The position numbers were made by a program, and so were the translations under genes. A stretch of DNA of 64,000 nt from Candidatus Poribacteria bacterium (GTDB lineage: Bacteria; Poribacteria; WGA-4E; PCPOR2b): positions 2,848,001-2,912,000 of the forward strand of contig OZ242351.1 in assembly GCA_965208675.1 (NCBI GenBank), read 5' to 3'. Positions 10,554 through 20,045 of this stretch are shown piece by piece; position 1 is the stretch's first letter, and each line of letters opens with the position of its first letter. Below the pieces are notes generated by a model. The model had not been told where the DNA came from. It saw only the letters and a program-made list of their open reading frames with translations, and searched no databases.

Positions 10554-11432
10554 ATGACCCGAGCGCGTCGGTCTAACATCGTAATTATTTTCTTAGTCAT
10601 TCTTGGCAGTGCAATATTGACCGCCGATGGGTGGGGACAGGCGCCCAGAACGGCTAAAATTGCCTTCACCTCATTTAGAGGTGGCAACGATGAAATCTAC
10701 GTGATGGACGCCGATGGGAAAAATCGGCGTTACCTGACTCCCGTAGGTCAAGGCGATCCGCCCGCCGCGTGGTCTCTTGATGGGAAAAAAATTGCGTTTA
10801 CTTGGGAAGTTGAAGGGTTGGACGGTGTGGGGTTAGAAGGCGTTGGCGATGGCATGCAGTTTGACATTGCCGTAATTGACGCCGATGACGGAATTCCCCG
10901 CAACCTGACAAATCATCCTGGGCAAGATATATGTACGTCGTGGTCCCCCGATGGGAAGCAGATTGCATTTACGTCGACTCGAAACGGGCTTGGTATCTTC
11001 GTGATGAATAGCGACGGGAGCAATCAACGCCGACTGACCCCAGTCAATACTGGGGATCGCTACCCCGACTGGTCTCCAGATGGAAAAAAGATTGTATTTG
11101 AGTCTTCCAAAAACGGGGGAAAATTGGACACTTATGTTATGAACGCAGATGGGACGCACCGACGTCGCCTGACAAAGCATCCGGAGCATGACCGCTATCC
11201 GGCGTGGTCGCCTGACATCCAAAACATCATATTTTATTCCGAAAGGGACGGTCAAAGTGGTGAGATTTATGTGATGGATGCCAATGGGAACAATCAGCGG
11301 AACCTCACAAATCACCCATCGCCAGACGGTTTTTACGCAAGATCGTCTTGGTTTGACCCTGCGTTAGCGCGTTCAGTGTCCCCCGCTGGCAAGCATCGCG
11401 TCCACTGGAGTGGAGTCAAAATAAAAAAATAA
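10554..11432 (+). CDS. TolB-like (PD40-repeat) secreted protein
   Basis: Signal peptide; KIAFTS.RGGNDEIYVMDADG, WSPDGK.IAF repeats; C-terminal SVSPAGKHRVHWSGVKIKK. Confidence 0.9.
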   Translation: MTRARRSNIVIIFLVILGSAILTADGWGQAPRTAKIAFTSFRGGNDEIYVMDADGKNRRYLTPVGQGDPPAAWSLDGKKIAFTWEVEGLDGVGLEGVGDGMQFDIAVIDADDGIPRNLTNHPGQDICTSWSPDGKQIAFTSTRNGLGIFVMNSDGSNQRRLTPVNTGDRYPDWSPDGKKIVFESSKNGGKLDTYVMNADGTHRRRLTKHPEHDRYPAWSPDIQNIIFYSERDGQSGEIYVMDANGNNQRNLTNHPSPDGFYARSSWFDPALARSVSPAGKHRVHWSGVKIKK

Positions 11433-11689
11433 CGCAATATCCCAGTATAGGACTCGAAAAGAACTGAGGCACCAAGAAAAGCGTGACTTCGCTTGCGTGA
11501 TTTGGGACGCACCTTTATTACATCCCCTTGCTAAGGAAACAACCTTTGTAATACACGCCTTTCCAAATTCAAGCCAAAATCCGGTAAAAAAATTTAAGGC
11601 ATCGTGAAATCGGCTTCCTTGTGGAAAATATGGAGCCGTGCGATGCTTCCACCACTGACCCGAGGTCACTCCGCGGCGCGCCGTAAAAC

Positions 11690-13996
11690 ATGAGACACAA
11701 CATGAAGATGATCATTAGCGTTTTATTCAGTTTTGTATGTGTTCCCATGGTAGCCTTGGCTATCGAACCCGTCGGTACTATTGGGCACCCGTATCCACTG
11801 CGGCACGCTTTCCACGCCGATGGGACCATCCTACGTGTTAGCCAGTCGCAGATTCAAGTCGTTCATCCAAATACTGGTGCTGTCCTTGACGAATTCGGCG
11901 AACGCACGCGTATCCGTGAAGTCGTTTTTAGCCCAACTTCTGATCATCTAGCGATATTGAACTGTCATGCTGATCGAACAACAACAGTGGTAGAGATTTG
12001 GAGTGTCAAGAAACGTGCGCTGATAAACCAGTGGCAGATAGAAGGCCGCATTGATGCAGCGGCATTCAGCCCTACAGCGGTACTGTTTGCAACCGCTTTC
12101 GGCGGTGAAATTCACCTCTGGAACTGGCAAACTGGCAAGTCAATTGGCGGAATGGTAGGTGAGCGCAACCCATGGCTGCGATTAGACCGAAACACCTGTT
12201 CGTCATTTCCACCGGGTAACGTCCTGGTTTTTACACCGGATGGCCGCCATCTCATGGCTGTCTCGCAGCGTTCACATGTCGAAATATGGAATGTCGAGAA
12301 TCGCCGCTTAGTAGGAAAACTTGAAGGGCACGAGGGATGGGTTGAAGATGTGACCATTAGTCCGGACGGAAGGTTCGCCGCGACATTCACAAGGTATTCG
12401 AATTACGTCAATCTATGGAGTGTGGCTGCCCAAACACGCGTGTGGCGAGAAAAGAGCGGCATTGGCAGTGTATCAGGATTGGCCTTCAGTCTAGACAGCC
12501 AACGTTTGTACGTGGCGACGTCAACTAGCGGTCTCACCTCTTCGAACGCCAACGGAACGTGGACAGGATGGGACGACTTGGTACGCATATGGAATGTCGA
12601 GTCTGGGCATCAAATAGGTGAGTTTAGTGACGAGTTTCGCGAGTTAAATTCCATAACACTATCCCCGGACGAGGAGACCATGCTACTGCACTATCGGGAC
12701 GCGGTCGTATTGTGGGACATGGTAACCATGCAACGGCGCAACGTGTGGGCGGATTTTGTCGCGGGAATCCCCGCACTGAGCCCCGACGGAAAAACCTTCG
12801 TCTCGGCATCTCGCTTCTATATCAAGATATGGAACCTACCTTCGGGGGAACTGCGCCATATGGTTTCTGCCGAAGGCGGGCTTTTCCGAAGATTCGCAAT
12901 CTCGTCGGATGGGCAGAAACTCGCAGTCGGGCGCGACCCATGGATCCAGATACACAGCCTCCAGACTGGTGAAGTTGCAACTCAACTCTGGTATACTTCT
13001 GGGCATTCTAAAATCGCCTACAGTTCGTCGGGGACGTGGGTTGCTGCAAATGGTTATGGGTACGGGAACGTCCTACTCTTAAACGTCGAGGAACCGGAAC
13101 ACAACCAAATTGCCATGTCCGAGGATGCGCCCAATCTGACATCGTATCCAGGATTTTATGACATCGCATTCAGCGAAAACGACCAGTACCTGACAGCATC
13201 GCTGAGGGAGCGCGTTCTGTTATGGAAACACGATGGTGATGCCTTCACATTTCAATTTGCTTGGGAGTTTGAGGAGGAGCAGAATTCTCGTTCGGGACTT
13301 TCCTTCCACACGCTAAGGAATGGTTCAGTTTTACTTACAATACCTATTCGCGAAGGAGTTCGACCCAATTTCAGGAAATTCGTACAAATCTGGGAACTTA
13401 ACCCAAACTACCCGCGTCTTCGCGCGACGTTGGAGGTAGACTCACCGACACACTTTAGTTCGGACGGGCGTTATCTCTTCGGCAGCCGCAACGATCGCCT
13501 CCAGATTTGGGATTGGCAAACAAGCACACCTATCGACCATCCACCTATACCAAACTATTTCGCATTGAGTCGAGACGGAACCGTTCTACTTTCGTGGGAC
13601 AAGACTGGTAAAATCCAGATTTGGGACGGAACGGCACTACTTCCTTCCGAACCTGTCGCTGTTGAGCCGCACGGCAGGGAATTCGTCATCTTTGGTCAAG
13701 TAAAACAAAACCGGCTGCTGCAAAACTACCCCAACCCTTTTAACCCTGAAACGTGGATTCCATTCCGCCTCGCAAATGAGAGCAACGTCACGATTCGTAT
13801 CTACACCTCAACGGGTCAATTAATTCGCATCCTATCACCGGGACTACTGCGCGCGGGCGAGTACCGCTCCCCCTCGCGTGCGGCCTATTGGGACGGATGC
13901 AATGAAGCGGGCGAGTCAGTAAGCAGCGGAATATACCTTTACAACATTAACGCAAGTGAATTTTCGGCGACCCGTAAAATGCTCATCCAGAAATAG
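11690..13996 (+). CDS. Secreted divergent WD40/beta-propeller protein with C-terminal FlgD-Ig-like domain
   Basis: Signal peptide ending ALA-IE; WD-type repeats; AVEPHGREFVIFGQVK then LLQNYPNPFNPETWIPF. Confidence 0.9.
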   Translation: MRHNMKMIISVLFSFVCVPMVALAIEPVGTIGHPYPLRHAFHADGTILRVSQSQIQVVHPNTGAVLDEFGERTRIREVVFSPTSDHLAILNCHADRTTTVVEIWSVKKRALINQWQIEGRIDAAAFSPTAVLFATAFGGEIHLWNWQTGKSIGGMVGERNPWLRLDRNTCSSFPPGNVLVFTPDGRHLMAVSQRSHVEIWNVENRRLVGKLEGHEGWVEDVTISPDGRFAATFTRYSNYVNLWSVAAQTRVWREKSGIGSVSGLAFSLDSQRLYVATSTSGLTSSNANGTWTGWDDLVRIWNVESGHQIGEFSDEFRELNSITLSPDEETMLLHYRDAVVLWDMVTMQRRNVWADFVAGIPALSPDGKTFVSASRFYIKIWNLPSGELRHMVSAEGGLFRRFAISSDGQKLAVGRDPWIQIHSLQTGEVATQLWYTSGHSKIAYSSSGTWVAANGYGYGNVLLLNVEEPEHNQIAMSEDAPNLTSYPGFYDIAFSENDQYLTASLRERVLLWKHDGDAFTFQFAWEFEEEQNSRSGLSFHTLRNGSVLLTIPIREGVRPNFRKFVQIWELNPNYPRLRATLEVDSPTHFSSDGRYLFGSRNDRLQIWDWQTSTPIDHPPIPNYFALSRDGTVLLSWDKTGKIQIWDGTALLPSEPVAVEPHGREFVIFGQVKQNRLLQNYPNPFNPETWIPFRLANESNVTIRIYTSTGQLIRILSPGLLRAGEYRSPSRAAYWDGCNEAGESVSSGIYLYNINASEFSATRKMLIQK

Positions 13997-14150
13997 TTAG
14001 GACTAAAGCAGTTGCAAGCTCATGGCATAGTGGCACGCACACTCCGTGTGCCAAGCTAGGATTTGGGTTGAGGAATCAAAGCAAACATTGTTACAATATC
14101 TAACTGCAGCGTCTCAGATTCACATTTTCAACGAACTAAAGGAGGAGAAA

Positions 14151-15131
14151 ATGAGGGTGAACAATGTTATGTTCTGCCTCATCGCGCTATGGGGAGTATT
14201 TCCATTCGTCCGTGCCAACACCGCTCTGGCAGATGAGGAGGCTTTAATCAATAGCCGATTGGCTTCCATGTTTGAGAAGGCGGAGAATTTTGAGGAGAAG
14301 CGTGTAACGTTGTCCAAAGATAAAGCCGCATCCATCGAAAAGAAGATTGGCGCAAAGTTACTTGACGAGGACCGCAACCCAATATTTTACATCGCGTACA
14401 ACGACAAAAAGAAGCCGATGGGATTAGTACGATTCGTCAAGGTCAAAGGACCGCACGGTATCATAAGCGGTGGGGTTGCCTTAAATATGAGCGGAAAAGT
14501 AGTCAAGGTCGACGTTTACAAGCACAAGGAATCCTCCAAAATCGGCGGGGAAGCGTTCCTTTCACAATTCATCGGCAAGGGAATCGACGACAAATTTAAG
14601 CTTGGGAAGGACATTAAGCCCGTCGAAGGGGAGACGGAAGCCTCTCAAGCCGTTGCGATGATGCCCAAAAAAACCCTCGCGATGAGCTACGCACTCTTCC
14701 TCAAAAAGCAAGAGAAGCCAAAACCGGAAGGTGATAAAGAACATGAAATCGAAGACCTCCATGAGTTAATGCACGAGATGCACGAATCTTACATCGTGAT
14801 ACGGGAATTCTTCAAAACCGGCGGAAATCAAGCCGATGCGGTTAAGGCGGCAAAACAGCTTTGGGAATATGCAAATTTAATCGCCGATTTTGAACCTCCG
14901 AAGAACCCAAATAACCAGGAGGAATACCGCCATTTACAGAAGAAGACCTTAGATGCACTTCACGAATTCGCCGAATCGCTCGAAAAAGACGGGGATACGG
15001 AGAAGACTCGCAAACAGTGGCAGCAGCTCCTTAACGTGGTTAACCAGGCGCATCTTCGATTTAGCATGGAGGAGATTGACCTAGACGAAGATTTGAAGGA
15101 GGATTACGGAGAGGAAGAAAATGACTTCTGA
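14151..15131 (+). CDS. Periplasmic FMN-binding (RnfG-like) domain fused to a cytochrome b562-like four-helix bundle
   Basis: GGAGGA RBS before ATG 14151; signal peptide ending ALA; VKGPHG, FLSQFIGK, IKPVEGETEASQAV (FMN_bind-like); EDLHELM...EPPK...EEYRH...VNQAHLRF parallels E. coli b562 ADLEDNM...TPPK...KDFRH...RNAYHQKY. Confidence 0.7.
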   Translation: MRVNNVMFCLIALWGVFPFVRANTALADEEALINSRLASMFEKAENFEEKRVTLSKDKAASIEKKIGAKLLDEDRNPIFYIAYNDKKKPMGLVRFVKVKGPHGIISGGVALNMSGKVVKVDVYKHKESSKIGGEAFLSQFIGKGIDDKFKLGKDIKPVEGETEASQAVAMMPKKTLAMSYALFLKKQEKPKPEGDKEHEIEDLHELMHEMHESYIVIREFFKTGGNQADAVKAAKQLWEYANLIADFEPPKNPNNQEEYRHLQKKTLDALHEFAESLEKDGDTEKTRKQWQQLLNVVNQAHLRFSMEEIDLDEDLKEDYGEEENDF

Positions 15132-15606
15132 AACGCATTTAGGACAATCTAAACGGCGCACCTTCTTTAAATCCGGCATCGCTTTCATCAGCGGTGTCAT
15201 TAGCTTGGCGATGGCGGTGCCGCTAATCGGTTCGGCAATTGCCCCTGCGTTCAAAAAGGGACAAAAAAAATGGGTGGATTTGGGGCTCGTCGATCTGCTT
15301 AATGGCGCCCGCCACAAGAAGATTAACTACACTTTTCAATCTAAAGATGGCTGGGTTGAGGCGACTAGAGAACGCTCCGTTTATGTGACGGATGAAGGCG
15401 GCGGGCGTTTTGTGGTTTTTTCTCGCGTCTGCACACATCTCGGCTGCCTCGTCCGATGGGACGAAAAGAAACGGCACTACCACTGCCCCTGCCACGGCGG
15501 TATCTTTGACGAATCCGGTAATGTCATCGCCGGACCGCCGCCGCGTCCTTTGGAGCGGCTGCCGGTCAAGTCGGAAAATGGCATTCTGTATGTCAGGGAG
15601 GTATAG
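15121..15606 (+). CDS. Rieske iron-sulfur subunit of a quinol:acceptor oxidoreductase (QcrA/PetC-like)
   Basis: Tat motif SKRRTFFK + TM helix; CTHLGC and CPCHGGIFD boxes; GPPPRPL. Confidence 0.95.
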   Translation: MTSETHLGQSKRRTFFKSGIAFISGVISLAMAVPLIGSAIAPAFKKGQKKWVDLGLVDLLNGARHKKINYTFQSKDGWVEATRERSVYVTDEGGGRFVVFSRVCTHLGCLVRWDEKKRHYHCPCHGGIFDESGNVIAGPPPRPLERLPVKSENGILYVREV

Positions 15607-15609
15607 CAG

Positions 15610-16782
15610 TTGAGACACAGGATTGCCGAATTTTTTGAATCGCGCCTCCCTTTAAGAGATGTAGTTAATCATCTCAACAAACCGCTCCCAAAGCATATCA
15701 ACTGGCTTTTCTCTTTGGGTAGTATGGCGACCTTTCTTCTGATTCTTCAAGCCGCTACGGGGGCGTTTTTGGCGCTCTATTATTCGCCCTCACCCGATCA
15801 CGCCTATAATTCGGTGAACTACATCAGTCACGAAGTCCCCTTCGGCGCTTTTGTCCGAGGCCTACACCACTGGGGCTCCAGTGCATTGGTGATTGTCGTG
15901 TTCTTGCATCTCCTGCGGGTCGTACTTTACGGTTCCTACAAAGCCCCAAGGGAACTGACGTGGATGGTCGGTGTTATTCTTTTTTTGGTCGTGTTGGGAT
16001 TTGGTTTTACAGGCTATCTGCTGCCGTGGGACCAAAAGGCGTACTGGGCAACGGTGGTCGGTGTGGAGATTGCAGGCACAGTACCGTTAGTAGGAGACTT
16101 CATCGCAAAAATTCTTCGCGGCGGCGCCGAAGTCGGGGCAGTCACCCTGACACGATTTTACACCCTGCATACCATCTGGCTGCCGTGGCTCGTTTTTGCG
16201 CTCGTCGGGCTCCATCTGTTTTTCGTGCGCTATTACGGCTCTGCCGGACTGCCCGAAAACAAACCCGTAGAAATGCAGGGCGGCAAACCATTCTATCCGG
16301 ATCAAATCTTTGAAGATGCTGTCGCCATTTTGGTGCTGTTCATTTTGCTTGCCGCGGCTGCGATTTTTATTCCAGTACCGCTCGAAGAACTCGCCGATCC
16401 GACCGACGCTAGCTACGATCCGCGTCCGGAATGGTATTTCCTGTCGCTGTTTCAATTGCTCAAATATTTCGAGGGGCCGCTGGAAGTAATCGGCACTTTC
16501 GTGATTCCCACAGCTACCATCGTCCTCCTTCTTCTCCTGCCCTTTTTGGATAAGCGCGAGCGAGTACCCCTGCGAAAACGACCGGTTGCACTTGCTGTCA
16601 CCAGCCTATCCGTACTTGCCATCGTCGCACTCACCATCCTCGGTGGACGTTCCCCAAAGCTGGAAACTTCTGATGAGCCTCCCCTTGAACAAGCTGGAAC
16701 CCCGCCCAGTGGCTCAAATCAGAGCGAAGATACGACTCCCGAGGAAGATTCAGACGACACCCCAGTATTCGATTTCAATTGA
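15610..16782 (+). CDS. Cytochrome b (b6 + subunit IV fused; QcrB/PetB-like)
   Basis: RGLHHW, FLHLLRV, GYLLPWDQ, TLHT...GLH heme ligands; RPEWYFL Qo motif; TTG start. Confidence 0.95.
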   Translation: MRHRIAEFFESRLPLRDVVNHLNKPLPKHINWLFSLGSMATFLLILQAATGAFLALYYSPSPDHAYNSVNYISHEVPFGAFVRGLHHWGSSALVIVVFLHLLRVVLYGSYKAPRELTWMVGVILFLVVLGFGFTGYLLPWDQKAYWATVVGVEIAGTVPLVGDFIAKILRGGAEVGAVTLTRFYTLHTIWLPWLVFALVGLHLFFVRYYGSAGLPENKPVEMQGGKPFYPDQIFEDAVAILVLFILLAAAAIFIPVPLEELADPTDASYDPRPEWYFLSLFQLLKYFEGPLEVIGTFVIPTATIVLLLLLPFLDKRERVPLRKRPVALAVTSLSVLAIVALTILGGRSPKLETSDEPPLEQAGTPPSGSNQSEDTTPEEDSDDTPVFDFN

Positions 16783-16823
16783 CGCTTTGCCCTCCCACAA
16801 CTCCCAATCACTATTGTCTTTTT

Positions 16824-16933
16824 TCCTGAAAATCCTGATTCAGACAAATTAAACTCCCAACATCACAATTCACAATCAACACCCGCCTCTAATCCTGCAA
16901 ATCACTGAATCACATAAATCACAGTTCAGACAA
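16824..16933. repeat. Two related short intergenic repeats ending TTCAGACAA (tcctgaaaatcctgattcagacaa; aatcactgaatcacataaatcacagttcagacaa)
   Basis: Both built of AATC units, end in TTCAGACAA and are followed by tcccaaca. Confidence 0.6.
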
Positions 16934-16955
16934 TGCGAGTCCCAACACAATTTGC

Positions 16956-16984
16956 TTGCGCCAACTGTGGCTGTATGCTAAAAT
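16956..16984 (+). promoter_or_regulatory. Sigma70-type promoter of yebC-ruv operon
   Basis: TTGCGC-N17-TAAAAT with extended -10 TG. Confidence 0.5.
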
Positions 16985-17019
16985 AGTTTTGACTCAACAA
17001 ACAATAAAGGAAAAATCAA

Positions 17020-17766
17020 ATGTCTGGTCACTCTAAATGGGCGCAAATCAAACACCGTAAAGCCGCAGTTGATTCCAAGCGCGGCAAACTTTTCTCTAGA
17101 CTCATTAAGGAAATCACCGTTGCAGCGCGTCTTGACGGCGCCGATATTGACATGAATCCCCGCTTGAGGACTGCGGTGGCAACCGCGAAATCAAACAATG
17201 TACCGAACGACAACATTGAAAAGGCAATTCTGCGCGGAACCGGCGAACTCGAAGGCATTGATTACGAAGAGGTAACATATGAGGGATACGGCCCCGATGG
17301 CGTCGCAATTATGATTGAAGTCTTAACCGACAATAAAAATCGGGCAATTGCCGCTGTGAGACACATTTTAAACAAACACGGCGGAAGTATCGGGGAGCGG
17401 GGTTGTGTATCTTGGCTTTTTGACAAGCGCGGGCTAATCGTTGTCGCAAAACAAAGCGTTGATGAAGATGAACTTTTCATGCTCGCCCTCGATTCCGGCG
17501 CGGATGACCTCATACCTTCAGATGACCAGATTGAGGTTGTTTCTTCCGTTGAACAATTCGATCAGGTGCGATCGGCAGTGGAAGAATCCGGGGCGGCAAT
17601 TCTTGCAGCCGAGTTCAGCATGATTCCTCAGACTACCGTGAAATTAGAAGGCAAAGCAGCAGAACGAATGCTGCGCTTGATGGAATCGCTCGAAGAAAAT
17701 GACGATGTTCAGAAAGTGCATGCGAACTTTGACATCCCCGATGAAATTTTGGAAGCGGCTGCCTAA
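17020..17766 (+). CDS. yebC: YebC/PmpR family protein
   Basis: MSGHSKWAQIKHRK, YEGYGPDGVA, LEENDDVQKVHANF. Confidence 0.97.
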   Translation: MSGHSKWAQIKHRKAAVDSKRGKLFSRLIKEITVAARLDGADIDMNPRLRTAVATAKSNNVPNDNIEKAILRGTGELEGIDYEEVTYEGYGPDGVAIMIEVLTDNKNRAIAAVRHILNKHGGSIGERGCVSWLFDKRGLIVVAKQSVDEDELFMLALDSGADDLIPSDDQIEVVSSVEQFDQVRSAVEESGAAILAAEFSMIPQTTVKLEGKAAERMLRLMESLEENDDVQKVHANFDIPDEILEAAA

Positions 17767-18263
17767 TGGTTGTCCTCGGCATCGATCCGGGAATTGCAAA
17801 TACCGGCTACGGACTCATTGAAGCCGATAGAACCCCGCTCAGTCTCATCGACTTTGGTACCATCACGACGAGTTCTCAAACCGAATCCCCTCAACGCTTG
17901 AAATCCATCTACGACCGGCTTAACCGCCTCGCGTCTGAATATCACCCCGATTTTTTTGTTTTCGAAGATCTATTTTTTAGTAAGAACGTTAGCAGTGCGC
18001 TAGCAGTTGGCGAAGCTAGAGGCATCGCAAAATTGGTAGCCGCAAACATGAATCGTGAGGTATTCAGCTACACGCCTGCGCATGTGAAACAATCTGTTGT
18101 CGGATTTGGCAAAGCCAGCAAACGCCAGATTCAGGAAATGGTCAAAACCTTACTAAGATTGGATTCAATACCGCACCCGGATCACGCCGCAGATGCACTC
18201 GCCGTTGCGATTTGCCATGCTCGTTCCCACAAATTGCTGCAACTGCAAGAAAGGTTGAGTTGA
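17766..18263 (+). CDS. ruvC: Holliday junction resolvase RuvC
   Basis: VLGIDPG, EARG, VKQSVVGFGKASK, HAADALAVAICH. Confidence 0.97.
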   Translation: MVVLGIDPGIANTGYGLIEADRTPLSLIDFGTITTSSQTESPQRLKSIYDRLNRLASEYHPDFFVFEDLFFSKNVSSALAVGEARGIAKLVAANMNREVFSYTPAHVKQSVVGFGKASKRQIQEMVKTLLRLDSIPHPDHAADALAVAICHARSHKLLQLQERLS

Positions 18264-18871
18264 TGATTGCGTTTGTCAAGGGAATTTTGGAGTTTAGCGC
18301 CCCCCAACGAGCAGTCGTCGAAGTCAATGGCATCGGTTACAACATTGAAATTTCATTGAACGCGGCGGCAAAATTGCCAGAGATTGGATCGGAAGTCAAG
18401 TTTTACACCTACCATCACTGTCGAGAGAATGAAGTTAAACTATTTGGATTTACCTCAACAGATGAACTAAAAGTCTTTGAAATCGCCCTTACCGTAAAGG
18501 GTATCGGTCCGTCCCTTGCGCAAAATATTGTTTCTAGGCTTTCGCCTGTCGAATTTCAACGCGCCGTCCGCGAAGGCGACCATGAAACGTTGATGGCAGT
18601 GCCGCGGCTGAATGAAGAGATGGCGCAACTCATTATTATTAAGCTGAAAAACGCTATCGGCAAAATTCACTTTGATACAAAATCTGATGACGCCGTGCCG
18701 CAGCAGCGTGCAGAGGAAGGCGTTAAAGCGTTAGTCGGTCTGGGCGCTGCTGAAAACACCGCAGAATGGGCGATGGCGGAGGCTCAGAACGCATTGGGAA
18801 AAGCGGCAGAATTAGAAGATTTGATTCGGCTTGCGCTTCGATATATTTCTAAGAGTCCTTCAAGAATTTAA
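18263..18871 (+). CDS. ruvA: Holliday junction branch migration protein RuvA
   Basis: ATG overlaps ruvC TGA; MIAFVKG, VNGIGY, LFGF, VKGIGP. Confidence 0.95.
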   Translation: MIAFVKGILEFSAPQRAVVEVNGIGYNIEISLNAAAKLPEIGSEVKFYTYHHCRENEVKLFGFTSTDELKVFEIALTVKGIGPSLAQNIVSRLSPVEFQRAVREGDHETLMAVPRLNEEMAQLIIIKLKNAIGKIHFDTKSDDAVPQQRAEEGVKALVGLGAAENTAEWAMAEAQNALGKAAELEDLIRLALRYISKSPSRI

Positions 18872-18942
18872 ACGAGTTGGGTACTCCGACAGTTTTAAGT
18901 TCGAGCGGGACAACCGTTGCCGCAGTTCGGTAAGAGTTGAAA

Positions 18943-19956
18943 ATGAGCAAACAGGTACAGGAATTGTTGGAGGCCTACGACGAAACCCAATATAGCCTTA
19001 GACCTCAAACTCTGAAGGAGTTTATCGGTCAAGAGACCATTAAAGAACGACTGCACATCCACATAAATGCAGCGAAACAGAGGAAACAGGCATTAGAGCA
19101 CATTCTCCTTGTTGGTCCTCCCGGACTCGGAAAAACAACGCTTGCAAAGATTATCTCGAACGAAATGGGCGGCGGCTTTAAGTCTGCGGTCGGTCCAACA
19201 ATGGAACGGCTTGACCTGGCAACAATCCTAACAAATCTTGAAGCGGGCGATATTTTATTTGTCGATGAAATCCATCGCATGAAGGGATATGTTCAGGAAT
19301 CTATGTATCCCGCAATGGAGGATTATAAGATTGATTTGCCAGTCGGACAGGGGCCTTCGGCGGATATCATTACGGTACCACTTTCCCGTTTCACGCTAGT
19401 AGGGGCGACGACGCGCGAGGGTCTGTTATCGGGACCTTTCCAAACTCGATTTGGTATCCGTATTCATCTCGGTTATTACACCGACGATGAAATTCAGATT
19501 GCTATCAACCAATACAGCAATCGGCTGCAACCCCCCGTCGAGATTGAGGAAGAGGCGGAACGCGAGCTTGCTTGCCGCTCACGCGGTACGATGCGAATCG
19601 CCAAAAACTTGCTGCTAAACGTACGGGATTATGCAACTGTGAAATCTACCGGCGTTATCACCCATGCAGTTGCACAGGAAGCTTTAGAATTCTTCAGTAT
19701 TGACGAACTCGGTTTGGACAAAGGCGATAGGGATTATTTGAGCACATTGATTGAAAAATTCAGCGGGCGTGCAGGGCTTAAGTCGCTAGCTGTCGCTGTC
19801 AGTGAAGATGAACGGACGATTGAGGAAGTGATCGAGCCTTATCTACTCAAAATCGGATTTCTGTCACTCACGCCGACTGGACGTGTAGCGGCGGACCAGG
19901 CTTATGCACATTTGGGTTTCCCCGCGCCGCAAAACTGCCAACCCACGTTTTTCTAG
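18943..19956 (+). CDS. ruvB: Holliday junction helicase RuvB
   Basis: LRPQTLKEFIGQ, GPPGLGKTTLA, FVDEIHR, GATTR, SRGTMRIA, EPYL. Confidence 0.97.
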   Translation: MSKQVQELLEAYDETQYSLRPQTLKEFIGQETIKERLHIHINAAKQRKQALEHILLVGPPGLGKTTLAKIISNEMGGGFKSAVGPTMERLDLATILTNLEAGDILFVDEIHRMKGYVQESMYPAMEDYKIDLPVGQGPSADIITVPLSRFTLVGATTREGLLSGPFQTRFGIRIHLGYYTDDEIQIAINQYSNRLQPPVEIEEEAERELACRSRGTMRIAKNLLLNVRDYATVKSTGVITHAVAQEALEFFSIDELGLDKGDRDYLSTLIEKFSGRAGLKSLAVAVSEDERTIEEVIEPYLLKIGFLSLTPTGRVAADQAYAHLGFPAPQNCQPTFF

Positions 19957-20045
19957 GCGCTGTCTTCCTCATGAGACGTTGCAACCATCAATAACTCGCC
20001 TTTTATGCATAACATAATAAATTAACCAAAAAGGAAGGTTTTACG

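Noticed and set aside
11433-11689. Possible ncRNA/riboswitch in the 257-bp intergenic gap
   Set aside because: No recognisable consensus or convincing structure.
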